From positions 1 through 46,526 of the forward strand of contig JBEPZV010000018.1 in the NCBI GenBank assembly GCA_041640655.1: a DNA stretch of 46,526 nt, read 5' to 3'. Made by a program: the position numbers and the translations under genes. The notes below the pieces were generated by a model, which did not search any database, was not told the DNA's origin, and was given only the letters and a program-made list of their open reading frames with translations. Positions 9,288 to 20,024 of the stretch are shown here, piece by piece. Source of the DNA: a bacterium (lineage in GTDB: Bacteria; Acidobacteriota; Blastocatellia; HR10). Positions within the stretch are counted from its first letter, which is position 1; each line of letters opens with the position of its first letter.

Positions 9288-11068
9288 CGGGCGAACTCCA
9301 GGCGCGTCGTCTCCGCAGGGAGCGGCTCGACGATGGCATCGCTGAGGGGTCGAATGTGGGCCCGCCTCCGACGCGAAGCTCTCGGCCGGGGGGAACGCGT
9401 GGGCTCACTGACGCGTTCCACACGATCACCCGCGCGGGGACTCCCTGAGCGTATGAGCACCGCCTGTCCCCCTCGCCAGAGACGGTAATTCTCGAAACGA
9501 ACAGGCAAGCCCCGGCTCCGTATCGGATCCGGTCCATCCATGACCTGGAAGTGCAGATGCGGCTGAGCGCTCGTCCCCGAATTCCCGCATTCGGCGATCA
9601 CCTGGCCGCGCCTCACCCGATCCCCCCGCTTCACGCGAAGCGAGCCGCGCCGCAAATGCGCGAGCAAGCTGAATTCGCCGTGGCCGTGATCCATAACGAT
9701 GTAGTTCCCGAAGAGCTGGCGCGGATTCTCCACCGCGGGATGCGCGAACCGCAAGCGCGTCATGACGGGCGGGCGATCCGGTTCCCCATCCACTGCGCGC
9801 ACAACGATGCCCTCGGCCGGCGCCAGGACGGGGCGACCGAAGGCGTAAAAATCGGCGAGTCGCCCGGACGCCGCGGATCGCTCCAGCGCCGCCGGCGCGC
9901 GCGGAGTTCTCCCCGACATCCGCCGAGGTCCAGCAGCGGCGCGCGCCTCAGGCGGACGGCGCTCACTGCCCCCGCGCTCGTAGACGAAATCGTACGCGAA
10001 GGCTTGCGCATCGGCCCGCTGCCGATGTCCCTCGAAGACGTCGTGCCCGCGCCAGACGCGCCAGACGCCGCGGAAGGGGAGCGTGAAGCGCGTCTTCTGC
10101 ACATAGCGGACCAATCGGACGCGATGCGTCTGCTGAAACGCGCGCCCCCCCATGCGGAAGAAGAACGTGTACACGATCTCCTCGGGCGCTCCCTCAGCGC
10201 GATGCCCGGCATGATCGCGCCATCGCGCGTGCCCCTTCGGCGGCAGGCGCGTCGTCCCGCTCTCGAAGGCGCGCGCGATGGCCGCGGAATCGAGCCGCGC
10301 CTCCTCGACCACGCGTCCGCGGCTCACATACCGGACGCGAATCTCCTGAAGCTCGACCTCGACGTCGTGCGGATTCGCGAGGATGAGATGATAGTGCCAA
10401 TTCTGATCCCCCTCCCGAACTTCGACGAACACCGGATCCGGCTGCGTGCGAATGCGCAAGGCGCGTTCGCCCGCGGGCTCGGCGATGACCGCCGGCGAGA
10501 GCGCGCGCGGATCGGCGTCGGGGACGCCCGTCCCGAAGATGCGGAACGTCTCGACCATGAGGCGAAAGGCTGGAAGGTACGCGTCATATTTCGGCTTCGG
10601 CGCGGTGTACACGAGCAGATAGACGAATCCCTGATGGACAATCGTGTATCGGGTCACGCGCTTCTCTCGTCCCTCAAAGGTCACCAGGTGAGCCGCGGCC
10701 CCCGAGAGGGTGAGCATGCGTTCCTCCTGAATCGTCAATCCACCGAAGATCGTCGCCAGCGCGCCGCGGTCCATGTCGAAGAGTTGCCGGGGGTGAAGAG
10801 AGAGATCGGGCACGGGATCGAACATGTTCAGGACGGCCATGACCTCCGGGGCATCCAGGGCCGTGAAGAGGGCGGCCTCGCTCCCGGAGCCGGATTGCAC
10901 CTGGAGGCGCCACTTCTCGGGCGAGTAGTAGAGCGAGCACCGATGCCGCTCGTTCACATACCGCTCAAACCGCTCTTCGCTTCGTTCGAGGCGCAGGGGG
11001 GCGAGTCCACCGAGGAAGAGGAGCAGGAGACTGAGGCTGCGGCTGATTGTGCTTGTGGCGAACATCAT
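9284..11068 (-). CDS. Exported M23-family metallopeptidase with N-terminal PsbP-like and beta-sandwich domains
   Basis: Signal-like N-terminus; GH...AFAYDF, GNYIVMDHG, LAHL, GNSGTSAQPHLHFQ M23 motifs. Confidence 0.85.
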   Translation of the reverse strand: MMFATSTISRSLSLLLLFLGGLAPLRLERSEERFERYVNERHRCSLYYSPEKWRLQVQSGSGSEAALFTALDAPEVMAVLNMFDPVPDLSLHPRQLFDMDRGALATIFGGLTIQEERMLTLSGAAAHLVTFEGREKRVTRYTIVHQGFVYLLVYTAPKPKYDAYLPAFRLMVETFRIFGTGVPDADPRALSPAVIAEPAGERALRIRTQPDPVFVEVREGDQNWHYHLILANPHDVEVELQEIRVRYVSRGRVVEEARLDSAAIARAFESGTTRLPPKGHARWRDHAGHRAEGAPEEIVYTFFFRMGGRAFQQTHRVRLVRYVQKTRFTLPFRGVWRVWRGHDVFEGHRQRADAQAFAYDFVYERGGSERRPPEARAAAGPRRMSGRTPRAPAALERSAASGRLADFYAFGRPVLAPAEGIVVRAVDGEPDRPPVMTRLRFAHPAVENPRQLFGNYIVMDHGHGEFSLLAHLRRGSLRVKRGDRVRRGQVIAECGNSGTSAQPHLHFQVMDGPDPIRSRGLPVRFENYRLWRGGQAVLIRSGSPRAGDRVERVSEPTRSPRPRASRRRRAHIRPLSDAIVEPLPAETTRLEFAR

Positions 11069-12400
11069 TTAAGGCAACGCGCCACGATCAATCCTCAGGA
11101 TGGTGTGCAGAAGCACGGTCGCGCCATTGGCCAGATCTTCCGGGCGCGTGTATTCCTGAGGCGAATGGCTGATGCCCCCGACGCTCGGGATGAAGATCAT
11201 CCCCGTGGGCGCGATCCGCGCCATGTTCTGCGCGTCGTGTCCGGCACCGCTCGGCAGGACCAGGAAGCGAAGGCCAAGCTCGCGGGCCACTTCGGCGATC
11301 AGATCGCGCACGCGCGCATCGGTCAGGATCGGCACGGCCGTAGCCGCTATCGGCGTGAAGGTGATCGTCACGCCGCGCCGCTGCTCGATGGCGCGCGCTT
11401 CATCGCGGATGCGCTCAAAGAGCTGCGCGATCTTCTCGGCCGAGAGGTCACGCAGCTCCAGGCTCATCTGGACGCGCCCGGGGATGACGTTCGGGGCGCC
11501 GGGCTCGGCCGTGATCCGACCCACGGTCCCTACCTGGCGCCCGGGCACGCTCATCACCACGCGATTCACGGCGAGGATCAATTCGGCGGCCGCCACGAGC
11601 GCATCGCGCCGCTGGTTCATCGGCGTCGTCCCCGCATGGTTCGCAAAGCCCTCGACGATGACATCCCATCGGTTAATGCCGACGATTCCCTCCACGACGC
11701 CGATCGGCACGCCTTCGGCTTCAAGTGTCCCCCCCTGCTCCACATGCAATTCGAGGAAGGCCTTGATCTCCCCGGGACGGCGCGCGGCTTCGGCGAGGCG
11801 ATCCGGGTCCCCGCCGATCGCGCGGAGGCCTTCGCGCACGGTCTTTCCGCTCTGGCTGACGATCTCCAGCGCCTCTGGCGTCAAGGCTCCGATCATCGCG
11901 CGACTGCCGAACAACCCTCCCTCCTCGGCCGCGAAGACGACGACCTCCAGCGGATGTCGCGTCCTCACGCCGTGCGCGTTCAGGACTTCGATGACCTCGA
12001 TCGCCCCGATGACGCCGACGACCCCATCGTATCGCCCGCCGTTGGGGACGGAATCAATGTGTGAGCCGAAGACGATCGGCGGCAGATGAGGCTCGCGACC
12101 CTCTCGACGCCCGATGATATTGCCTCCCGGATCCACGCGCACGGTGAGGCCCGCCTGGCGCATGAGCGAGATGATGTAAGCCCGTCCTTGAAGATCGGCC
12201 TCGCTGAACGCCAGGCGGCTGACGCCACCGCGTGGATCCCGACCGAATTCGGCCAAGCGCAAAATGCGCTCCTCCATCCGCGCGCCATTGGCACGAAGCG
12301 CTGGCGTTTGCGCCTGAAGTGCCGGCGACAGCGCCCCACTCCGTCCCATCAGCGCGACGAGCACCAGCACGCTTCCCAGTTGAAACGAGCGAATACTCAT
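11069..12400 (-). CDS. M20-family Zn-dependent hydrolase (allantoate amidohydrolase/N-carbamoylase type) with signal peptide
   Basis: GSHIDSVPNGGRYDG, AEEG, ELHVEQG, NHAGTTPM, SGAGHDA, GISHSP; SD GGAGG before ATG 12400. Confidence 0.9.
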   Translation of the reverse strand: MSIRSFQLGSVLVLVALMGRSGALSPALQAQTPALRANGARMEERILRLAEFGRDPRGGVSRLAFSEADLQGRAYIISLMRQAGLTVRVDPGGNIIGRREGREPHLPPIVFGSHIDSVPNGGRYDGVVGVIGAIEVIEVLNAHGVRTRHPLEVVVFAAEEGGLFGSRAMIGALTPEALEIVSQSGKTVREGLRAIGGDPDRLAEAARRPGEIKAFLELHVEQGGTLEAEGVPIGVVEGIVGINRWDVIVEGFANHAGTTPMNQRRDALVAAAELILAVNRVVMSVPGRQVGTVGRITAEPGAPNVIPGRVQMSLELRDLSAEKIAQLFERIRDEARAIEQRRGVTITFTPIAATAVPILTDARVRDLIAEVARELGLRFLVLPSGAGHDAQNMARIAPTGMIFIPSVGGISHSPQEYTRPEDLANGATVLLHTILRIDRGALP

Positions 12401-12479
12401 TGCCCCCTCCCAGACCATCGCCGCGTGGCGCATCCCCCGAAGGAGCCGTGCGAAGCGGCCCGCTGTCCGTCAGCGCGAA

Positions 12480-13922
12480 TCACCTCTGCGTCGTCCGACG
12501 CCGATAGAGATGCGGACTCACCCCGAGGAAGGCCTCAGCGGCTTCCATGAGCGTCTCCGAGAGCGTGGGATGCGGATGGATCACTCGCTCCAGGTCCGAT
12601 GCGCGCGCGCCCATCTCGATGGCCAGGACGCCCTCAGCGATCAACTCCCCCGCGCCCACGCCCGCGATGCCGACGCCCAGAATTCGCCCCGTCTCCGGAT
12701 CGAGGATGAGCTTCGTGACGCCCTCCGGACGATCTACAGTCACCGCGCGCCCGGAAGCTGCCCACGGGAATCGCGCGACCGTGATCGGACGATTCTCCTG
12801 CCGCGCCTGCGTCTCCGTCAGTCCGCACCACGCGATCTCCGGATCGGTGAAGACGACGGCCGGGATCGCGCGCGGCTCGAACGCGGTCGCACGACCGGTG
12901 ATCGCCTCGACGGCCACGCGCGCTTCGTGCATGGCCTTGTGCGCGAGCATCGGCTCGCCGACGACATCCCCGATGGCGAAGATCGTCGGCTCGCCGGTGC
13001 GCCGCTCGGCGTTCACGCGAATGAAGCCACGGGCATCGCGCTCCACGCGCGTGCGTTCCAACCCGAGCTCGTGCGCGTTCGGCTTCCGCCCAATACAGAC
13101 GAGGACCTTATCGAAGACGCGCTCAGTCGGAGGCGGGACGGCCTGTCCCCCCACGCCTTCCAAGCGCACGCGAACGCCTTCGGCCTCTTCCCGCATCTCG
13201 GCGACAGTCGTATTGACGAGCACCGCTTCGAAGAGCGTCTCCAGGCGCCGCGCCAGGACCGACGCGAGATCGCGATCCACGCCGGGCAGAATTCCCGGCA
13301 TCATCTCCACGAGCGTCACGCGCGCACCAAGGTGCGCATAGACCGTGCCGAGTTCGAGCCCGATGTATCCTCCGCCGATCACCAACAGCGTGCGCGGAAT
13401 ATCCTCCAGCTCCAGAGCCCGCGTCGAATCCATGATGCGGGGGCTCGCGAATGAGACGCCCGGCAACTCCGCCGGTCGCGATCCCGTCGCGAGGATCGCA
13501 TGCTGAAAGCTCACGCGTTCGGCCTCTCCGGCATCGGTCTCCACCCGCAGGGTTCGGGCATCCAGCAAGCGCGCGCGTCCGCGCAAGTAGCGAACGCCGC
13601 GCTGCTCGGCCAAGAGCCGCAATCCTCCGGTCAATCGCTCCACGACGCTGCGCTTCCACGCGCGCAGGCGCTCCAGGTCCACCCGCGGCGGAGGGAAGGT
13701 GATCCCCCACGCCTGGGCCTCTCGCACTTCGGCGAGCACGCGCGCGACATGCAGCAACGCCTTCGAAGGGATACATCCGACGTGCAGGCAGATGCCGCCG
13801 GGCGCCGGCTCCTGACCGATCAGGGTCACCGAGAGCCCCGCGTCCGCTGCGCGGAAGGCCGCCATATACCCCCCCGGCCCACTACCCACGACCGCAAGCT
13901 GCGTCGAACTCGTGCGCTCCAT
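12480..13922 (-). CDS. lpdA: Dihydrolipoamide dehydrogenase (E3)
   Basis: GSGPGGY, GGICLHVGCIPSK, GGGYIGLE, HPHPTLSE; SD GAGGAG before ATG 13922. Confidence 0.93.
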   Translation of the reverse strand: MERTSSTQLAVVGSGPGGYMAAFRAADAGLSVTLIGQEPAPGGICLHVGCIPSKALLHVARVLAEVREAQAWGITFPPPRVDLERLRAWKRSVVERLTGGLRLLAEQRGVRYLRGRARLLDARTLRVETDAGEAERVSFQHAILATGSRPAELPGVSFASPRIMDSTRALELEDIPRTLLVIGGGYIGLELGTVYAHLGARVTLVEMMPGILPGVDRDLASVLARRLETLFEAVLVNTTVAEMREEAEGVRVRLEGVGGQAVPPPTERVFDKVLVCIGRKPNAHELGLERTRVERDARGFIRVNAERRTGEPTIFAIGDVVGEPMLAHKAMHEARVAVEAITGRATAFEPRAIPAVVFTDPEIAWCGLTETQARQENRPITVARFPWAASGRAVTVDRPEGVTKLILDPETGRILGVGIAGVGAGELIAEGVLAIEMGARASDLERVIHPHPTLSETLMEAAEAFLGVSPHLYRRRTTQR

Positions 13923-14024
13923 ATTCGATGACTCCTCATGTGCGATCGCCCCGGCGCAAGGCGAGCGAACATACGCCATCTCTCGTGAGATGGCAAGAGG
14001 CGCCCGCTCCGCCATATGGCGAGA

Positions 14025-15677
14025 TCACGCCAGCATGGGGATCTTCACGCCCTTCGCGCGCGCCGTCGCGATCGCCTCCTCGTATCCGGCGTCGGCATGG
14101 CGCGCGATGCCGATTCCCGGATCGTTCGTGAGGACGCGCTCCAGCCGCAGGGCACCCTCTCTGGTCCCATCGGCGACGATCACCTGCCCCGCATGCAAGC
14201 TATAACCGATGCCCACGCCGCCACCATGATGAAAAGCGACCCAGGACGCCCCCGAGGCCGTATTGAGCAAGGCGTTGAGGATCGGCCAATCGGCGATGGC
14301 ATCGCTGCCGTCCTTCATCCCCTCGGTCTCGCGATATGGAGAAGCGACCGATCCGCAATCCAGATGATCGCGCCCGATGACGATCGGCGCCGCCAACGTC
14401 CCCTCGCGCACCAGCTCGTTGATCGCCAAGCCGAACGCCGCGCGCTCTCCATAACCGAGCCAACAGATGCGCGCCGGCAGCCCCTGAAACCGCACCTTCT
14501 CGCGCGCGAGCGTGATCCAGCGGCGCAAGATGCGATCCTCGGGGAACAGCTCCAACACCAAGTCATCCGTCTTCCGAATATCCTCGGGATCCCCCGAGAG
14601 GGCGACCCACCGGAATGGCCCACGCCCCTGGCAGAAGAGCGGTCGAATGTAGGCGACCACGAACCCGGGGAATTCGAAGGCCTCCTTGACGCCCGCCAGC
14701 TCCGCCTGCTTCCGGATGTTATTGCCGTATTCGAAGGTGACGGCCCCCTGACGCTTGAGGGCGAGCATGGCCTCGACATGCCGCGCGATCGAGTCATAGG
14801 CGCGCCGGATATAATCCTGCGGATTCGTGCGCCGCAGGGTCGCAGCCTCATCCACGCTCAATCCCGCCGGGATGTAGCCGTTCAAGGGATCATGCGCGCT
14901 CGTCTGATCGGTGAGGACGTCGGGCACGATGCCACGGCGCACCAACTCGGGCAGGACCTCGGCGCAATTCCCCACCAGTCCCACCGAGAGCGCTTCGCCC
15001 CGCGCTTTGGCGTCCAGAACCCACCGCAGCGCTTCATCCAGATCGAAGGTCATGCGGTCGCAATAGCCCGTTCGGATCCGCCGCTCGATGCGCGCCGGAT
15101 CCACCTCGATGCCCAAGTACGCCGCCCCATTCATCGTGGCCGCCAGCGGCTGCGCGCCCCCCATCCCTCCCATCCCCCCGGAGACGACAAGCCGCCCGCG
15201 CAAATCCCCCCCGAAATGGCGTTCGGCCACGGCCGCGAACGTCTCGAACGTGCCCTGCACGATGCCTTGCGTCCCGATGTAAATCCAACTCCCGGCCGTC
15301 ATCTGCCCGTACATGATGAGCCCCAGGGCTTCCAATCGCAGGAATTCCTCCAGCGTCGCCCAATGCGGCACGAGATTCGCGTTGGCGATGAGCACGCGCG
15401 GCGCCCATTCGTGCGTGCGAAAGATGCCGACGGGCTTCCCCGATTGCACGAGCAACGTCTCATCGTTCTCCAACTCGCGCAGGCAGCGGACGAGCGCATC
15501 AAAACAGTCCCAGTTGCGCGCCGCTTTCCCCGCTCCCCCGTAGACGATCAGTTCCTCGGGTTTCTCCGCCACATCGGGATCGAGATTATTCATCAGCATG
15601 CGCAAGGCGGCCTCCTGATGCCATCCCTTGCACGTGAGCTCGCGACCGCGTGGGGCTCGAACGACTCGCGATGTCAT
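14025..15677 (-). CDS. hutU: Urocanate hydratase
   Basis: [45 protein letters not shown]. Confidence 0.97.
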   Translation of the reverse strand: MTSRVVRAPRGRELTCKGWHQEAALRMLMNNLDPDVAEKPEELIVYGGAGKAARNWDCFDALVRCLRELENDETLLVQSGKPVGIFRTHEWAPRVLIANANLVPHWATLEEFLRLEALGLIMYGQMTAGSWIYIGTQGIVQGTFETFAAVAERHFGGDLRGRLVVSGGMGGMGGAQPLAATMNGAAYLGIEVDPARIERRIRTGYCDRMTFDLDEALRWVLDAKARGEALSVGLVGNCAEVLPELVRRGIVPDVLTDQTSAHDPLNGYIPAGLSVDEAATLRRTNPQDYIRRAYDSIARHVEAMLALKRQGAVTFEYGNNIRKQAELAGVKEAFEFPGFVVAYIRPLFCQGRGPFRWVALSGDPEDIRKTDDLVLELFPEDRILRRWITLAREKVRFQGLPARICWLGYGERAAFGLAINELVREGTLAAPIVIGRDHLDCGSVASPYRETEGMKDGSDAIADWPILNALLNTASGASWVAFHHGGGVGIGYSLHAGQVIVADGTREGALRLERVLTNDPGIGIARHADAGYEEAIATARAKGVKIPMLA

Positions 15678-15719
15678 GACTCCCCCCTCCTTTGCCGAAG
15701 TCTCACCGCACCTTCCCCA

Positions 15720-15728
15720 AGTATATCA
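15720..15728 (-). promoter_or_regulatory. Extended -10 (TGaTATACT) upstream of hutU
   Basis: Minus strand TG-a-TATACT about 43 nt upstream of the hutU ATG. Confidence 0.55.
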
Positions 15729-15792
15729 CCGCTGGAACGCGCGTGAACATCGAGAGCGGGAGAGCTGAGCCCTCGTGATGCCCGACACGTGG

Positions 15793-17097
15793 TCAGGCGA
15801 GGGCGCGCATCGCCTCGCGCACGGCCTCGAGCGTCGCCTCGATCTCCGCCTCCTCGTGCGCTGCGCTCACGAAAGCCGTCTCAAACGGCGATGGGGGCCA
15901 GTAGACCCCACGCTCCAAGAGGGCGCGGAAGAAGCGTCGAAATCGCTCGCGATCGGTCGTCGCGGCCGATGTCCAATCGGTGACCTCGCGATCGGTGAAG
16001 AAGACGGTCAGCATCGAGGCGATGTGATTCACGCGAACGGGCACGCCGCACCGCTCGGCCTCCGCCGCGATTCCCTCGGCCAAGCGCGTCGTCAGACGCT
16101 CAAGTTGCGGATAGAGCGTCTCTCGCTCGCGCTTCAGCACGCGCAGCGTCGCCAGTCCGGCCGCCATCGCCAGCGGATTCCCTGAGAGCGTGCCCGCGTG
16201 ATAGACGGGGCCTTCCGGGGCGAGCCAGCGCATGATCTCCCCCCGTCCACCGAACGCGCCCACGGGCAAACCACCCCCGATGATCTTCCCCAAGCAGGTC
16301 AGATCGGGACGGATGCCGTAAAGCCCCTGCGCCCCGTGATACCCCACGCGAAATCCCGTGATCACCTCATCGAAGATGAGCAGCGCGCCGTGGCGTTCCG
16401 TCAGCTCGCGCACCTTCGACAAGAAGCCGGGCTTCGGCAGAACGCACCCCATATTCCCCACGATGGGCTCGATAATCACACAGGCGATGTCCGCCCCATG
16501 CGCCTCGAATGCCTGTTCCAGAGCGCGTTCATCGTTGAAGGGGAGGACGAGCGTCTGCGCCGCCACGTCGGGCAGGACGCCGGGGCTGTCGGGCAGTCCC
16601 AAGGTCGCAACACCGGACCCCGCGCGCACCAGAAGCGCATCGGCGTGGCCGTGATAACACCCCTCGAATTTCACCACCTTGCGACGCCCGGTGAAGGCGC
16701 GCGCCAACCGAATGGCGCTCATCGTCGCCTCCGTGCCCGAGCTGGTCATCCGCACCTGCTCGATCGAGGGGAGCGCCTCGCAGATCGCCTCGGCCATCTC
16801 GACCTCCAGAGATGTCGGCGCCCCATACGACGTCCCCTTGCGCACCGCCTCCTCCACCGCGCGAACGACTTCCGGATGCGCATGGCCGAGGATCATCGGC
16901 CCCCACGACCCCACGTAGTCAATGAACCGGTTCCCATCCACGTCTTCCAGATAGGCGCCGCGCGCCGAGCGGATGAAGAGCGGCTCTCCGCCGACGGCCC
17001 GAAAGGCCCGCACCGGACTATTGACCCCACCGGGGATCACCCTCACAGCTCGACGAAACCATTCGGTCGAGTGCGCTCGCGAAAGCTCCCGCGTCAT
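15793..17097 (-). CDS. hemL: Glutamate-1-semialdehyde 2,1-aminomutase
   Basis: [44 protein letters not shown]. Confidence 0.97.
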   Translation of the reverse strand: MTRELSRAHSTEWFRRAVRVIPGGVNSPVRAFRAVGGEPLFIRSARGAYLEDVDGNRFIDYVGSWGPMILGHAHPEVVRAVEEAVRKGTSYGAPTSLEVEMAEAICEALPSIEQVRMTSSGTEATMSAIRLARAFTGRRKVVKFEGCYHGHADALLVRAGSGVATLGLPDSPGVLPDVAAQTLVLPFNDERALEQAFEAHGADIACVIIEPIVGNMGCVLPKPGFLSKVRELTERHGALLIFDEVITGFRVGYHGAQGLYGIRPDLTCLGKIIGGGLPVGAFGGRGEIMRWLAPEGPVYHAGTLSGNPLAMAAGLATLRVLKRERETLYPQLERLTTRLAEGIAAEAERCGVPVRVNHIASMLTVFFTDREVTDWTSAATTDRERFRRFFRALLERGVYWPPSPFETAFVSAAHEEAEIEATLEAVREAMRALA

Positions 17098-17133
17098 GGG
17101 CCCTCCCCTCATGCCCTGTGGCGATCAAGCAGT

Positions 17134-17162
17134 AGTCTATCCGCCCTCGAAGCTGCGTGCAA
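17134..17162 (-). promoter_or_regulatory. sigma70 promoter TTGCAC-17-TAGACT for hemL
   Basis: -35 at 17157-17162, -10 at 17134-17139, in the divergent intergenic region. Confidence 0.6.
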
Positions 17163-17246
17163 TCTCTGGGTCTGGGAGATTGCCGAATCCTGCGCCCAAC
17201 GGGAATAATTAAGAGACGGCAAAACATCAAGGGAGGAGGCGCGGTG

Positions 17247-18410
17247 ATGAACCAATTCTCCATTCGGCACCTCATGCTCATCGGGGTCCTCTCGGGAGTG
17301 ATCGCCGTCGGCTTGTTCGTCGGATATCAGCGCTGGGTGGATCGGCCGGCGCGTCTGTTCGGCTCTCCCTCGAGCTTCGACCTCCCACAAGCCTCGTCGG
17401 GTCCGGCGACGCTCACCGAGGACGAGCGGAACAACATCGAGATTTACAGGGCCGTCTCACCCGGCGTCGTCAACATTCGCACCGTCACGCTCGTGCAAGA
17501 TTTCTTCGCTGTCTATCCCGAGGAGGGGAGCGGTTCCGGTTCGATTATTGATGACCAGGGGCACATCCTGACGAACTATCACGTCATCGAGGGTGCGCGC
17601 CAACTGTTCGTCACCCTGGCCGATGGCAGCGAATATCGCGCGACGCTCATCGGCGGCGATCCCGACACGGATCTGGCCGTGATCAAGATCAATGCGCCGC
17701 GCGAGAAGCTGACCGTCGTCCCCATGGGCGACTCGGATAAGTTGGCCGTCGGGCAGAAGGTCCTGGCCATCGGGAACCCCTTCGGCATCGGTCAGACGCT
17801 CACCCGAGGGATCATCAGCGCCTTGGGGCGTCCCTTGCGCGCCGAGAACGGGCGCCTCATCGAAGGCGCCATCCAAACCGACGCTTCGATCAATCCGGGG
17901 AACTCCGGCGGGCCACTCTTGAACTCGCGCGGGGAGATGATCGGCGTGAATACAGCTATCCTCTCTCCGTCGCGCGGGAGCGTGGGGATCGGCTTCGCCA
18001 TCCCGATCAATCTGGCGCGGCGCGTCGTCCCCGATCTGATCGCCTATGGGCGCGTGCGCCGGCCCTGGCTCGGCATTGATGTCTTCCCGATCCCCGTCTC
18101 CGCACTGGCCGACGAGCTGGGCCTCCCCGTGCGCTCCGGAGTGATGGTCTCGCAAGTCATCTCCGGAGAATCGGCGGATCGAGCAGGAATTCGCGGTGGG
18201 AACCAGCCGGTGCGCATCCGCGGCCGCCTCTTCTACTTGGGCGGCGACATCATCTATGAGATCAACGGGGAGCGAATCACCTCCGTGGATGACATCTCGC
18301 GCATCCTCACGCGCTTTCGCCCCGGCGAGACCATCACGGTCACCATCTATCGGGGCCGACAGCGGATGACACTCTCGGTGAAGCTGACCGAGAAACCGGC
18401 GAACCTGTGA
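17247..18410 (+). CDS. htrA: Membrane-anchored HtrA-family serine protease with one PDZ domain
   Basis: N-terminal TM; TNYHV, DTDLAV, INPGNSGGPL triad; C-terminal PDZ; SD GGAGGAGG. Confidence 0.92.
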   Translation: MNQFSIRHLMLIGVLSGVIAVGLFVGYQRWVDRPARLFGSPSSFDLPQASSGPATLTEDERNNIEIYRAVSPGVVNIRTVTLVQDFFAVYPEEGSGSGSIIDDQGHILTNYHVIEGARQLFVTLADGSEYRATLIGGDPDTDLAVIKINAPREKLTVVPMGDSDKLAVGQKVLAIGNPFGIGQTLTRGIISALGRPLRAENGRLIEGAIQTDASINPGNSGGPLLNSRGEMIGVNTAILSPSRGSVGIGFAIPINLARRVVPDLIAYGRVRRPWLGIDVFPIPVSALADELGLPVRSGVMVSQVISGESADRAGIRGGNQPVRIRGRLFYLGGDIIYEINGERITSVDDISRILTRFRPGETITVTIYRGRQRMTLSVKLTEKPANL

Positions 18411-18518
18411 GATCCTCGACCGACGGCTGCCGAGGAGGGATCACGCCGCTGATCCTGCGCCGCGCTTCCTCTCTACTCTACAGCGCCGCGTTCGGTCCCG
18501 TGCGCCACGCCCGGCCCA

Positions 18519-19538
18519 TCACACCACATCGTATCGCACGGTGACCCAGCGCCAGCGGATGTCGAAGCGCCAGAGGCCGACCGCGCGGGCGTAGGCCAGT
18601 GCGTGCTCGAATTCCCACGAGGTGATCCGACGATTGATCTCCCGAAAGCGATCATCTGTGCGCGCCTTCCAGGCGGGATGGTATTGGTCCATGATGTTGA
18701 CGTAGGTATCGCGGGAGACCTCCTCGGCCAGGTAGCGCAAGATCTCGCGCGTATCTTCCAGCAATCCCGGCATGACCAGATGGCGCACCAGAACTCCCCG
18801 TCGCGCCAGCCCATCCTCATCCACGCGCAACTCGCCCACCTGTTCGTGCATGGTGCGGATCACGCGACGCGCGATCTCCGGATAATCGCGCGCGAGCAGG
18901 TACTTGCGCGCGTGTTCGGGATGCCACAGCTTGAAATCGGGCATATAGACGTCCACGACGCCATCCATCAGGCGCAGACTGTCGAGGCTATCGTAGCCAC
19001 TTGTGTTGTACACCAGAGGCAGGCGCAATCCGCGTTCGATGGCCAGCGGTAACGCTTCCAGAATTTGCGGCACCACGTGCTCCGGCGTCACGAAGTTGAT
19101 GTTGTGACACCCCTGCTCCTGTAAGCGCAACATGAGGGCGGCCAGCTCCGCGGGCGTGACCTCTTCCCCCTCCCCCAATTGGCTCGTCTCCCAATTCTGG
19201 CAGAAGACGCAGCGGAGGTTGCAAAAGGCGAAGAAGATGGTCCCCGATCCGTTCCATCCCCGCAGGCAATCTTCCTCGCCGAAGTGCGGGAAGGCGCTGG
19301 AGACGCGCGCCCAGCGGCCGCTGCGACAGACGGCGAACTTGTTCTCCAACCGATTCACCCGGCAATCGCGCGGGCACACGGTGCAGGCGCGCAGCAGCTC
19401 GCGCGCTTGTTCCACCTTCTCCTTCAAGCGCCCCTCCTCATACGTGCGGAGGTATGCGGGGACGAACTCTCGACGCGGGAGGAGGAAGCGCCCATCGCCA
19501 TGCAGCTCGCGCGGGACGGTTGTCCATCTCGCCCACAT
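18519..19538 (-). CDS. Radical SAM protein, PflX-like (COG1313)
   Basis: N-terminal CTVCPRDC, HFGEE, GSGTIFF-CNLRCVFCQN, NINFVTP, YMPDFK, VRHLVMP. Confidence 0.9.
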   Translation of the reverse strand: MWARWTTVPRELHGDGRFLLPRREFVPAYLRTYEEGRLKEKVEQARELLRACTVCPRDCRVNRLENKFAVCRSGRWARVSSAFPHFGEEDCLRGWNGSGTIFFAFCNLRCVFCQNWETSQLGEGEEVTPAELAALMLRLQEQGCHNINFVTPEHVVPQILEALPLAIERGLRLPLVYNTSGYDSLDSLRLMDGVVDVYMPDFKLWHPEHARKYLLARDYPEIARRVIRTMHEQVGELRVDEDGLARRGVLVRHLVMPGLLEDTREILRYLAEEVSRDTYVNIMDQYHPAWKARTDDRFREINRRITSWEFEHALAYARAVGLWRFDIRWRWVTVRYDVV

Positions 19539-19545
19539 AGTCCCC

Positions 19546-20010
19546 TCACAACAACTCCGGGACGATCATCCACCGGAGGCGCCAATTCGCCCCCTCCCGA
19601 TGCAGGCAGACGAGGCCGCCCATCTGGAAGGCGATGAGCCCTTCGGAGATCGTCCCCCCTGAGAGCAAGCGCGCGCTCAACCGATCCAGATGCGGCAGAT
19701 GTCCGACGAGCATGAGGTCCTCGCTCTCGGCGCGCACTCGTTCGATCCAGAGCGCCGGATCGGCCAGCGGCTCCAGCCCTTCGGTCGCGCGGCATCCCTC
19801 GCGGGGATGGAGCACACCGGCCAGGACTTCGGCCGTTTGTTCGGCGCGCATCTTGCCGCTGTGATAGATGGCGCGGAGCGGCGGCAGCGGATGCGCGTGC
19901 AAGAACGCCGCGATCTTGCGAATATCCGCCCACCCCTTCTCGGTCAACGGGCGCGCGGGATCCTCCTCCTCACGCTTCGCCTCGGCATGTTGCACGAGGT
20001 AGAGATTCAT
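19546..20010 (-). CDS. sixA: Phosphohistidine phosphatase SixA
   Basis: MNLYLVQHAEA, RPLT..G, HSGKMRAEQTA, LVGHLP; SD GGGAGGGG. Confidence 0.88.
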   Translation of the reverse strand: MNLYLVQHAEAKREEEDPARPLTEKGWADIRKIAAFLHAHPLPPLRAIYHSGKMRAEQTAEVLAGVLHPREGCRATEGLEPLADPALWIERVRAESEDLMLVGHLPHLDRLSARLLSGGTISEGLIAFQMGGLVCLHREGANWRLRWMIVPELL

Positions 20011-20024
20011 GCTGACCCCTCCCC

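Noticed and set aside
6927..16185. Very long plus-strand ORFs (6927-9488, 9551-12064, 14016-15746 and others)
   Set aside because: Antisense shadows of well-supported genes; high GC3 suppresses stops on the opposite strand; no motifs or RBS
19984..19995. SixA RHG motif reads QHA
   Set aside because: QH(G/A)EA variants are familiar among SixA homologs and the catalytic His is retained
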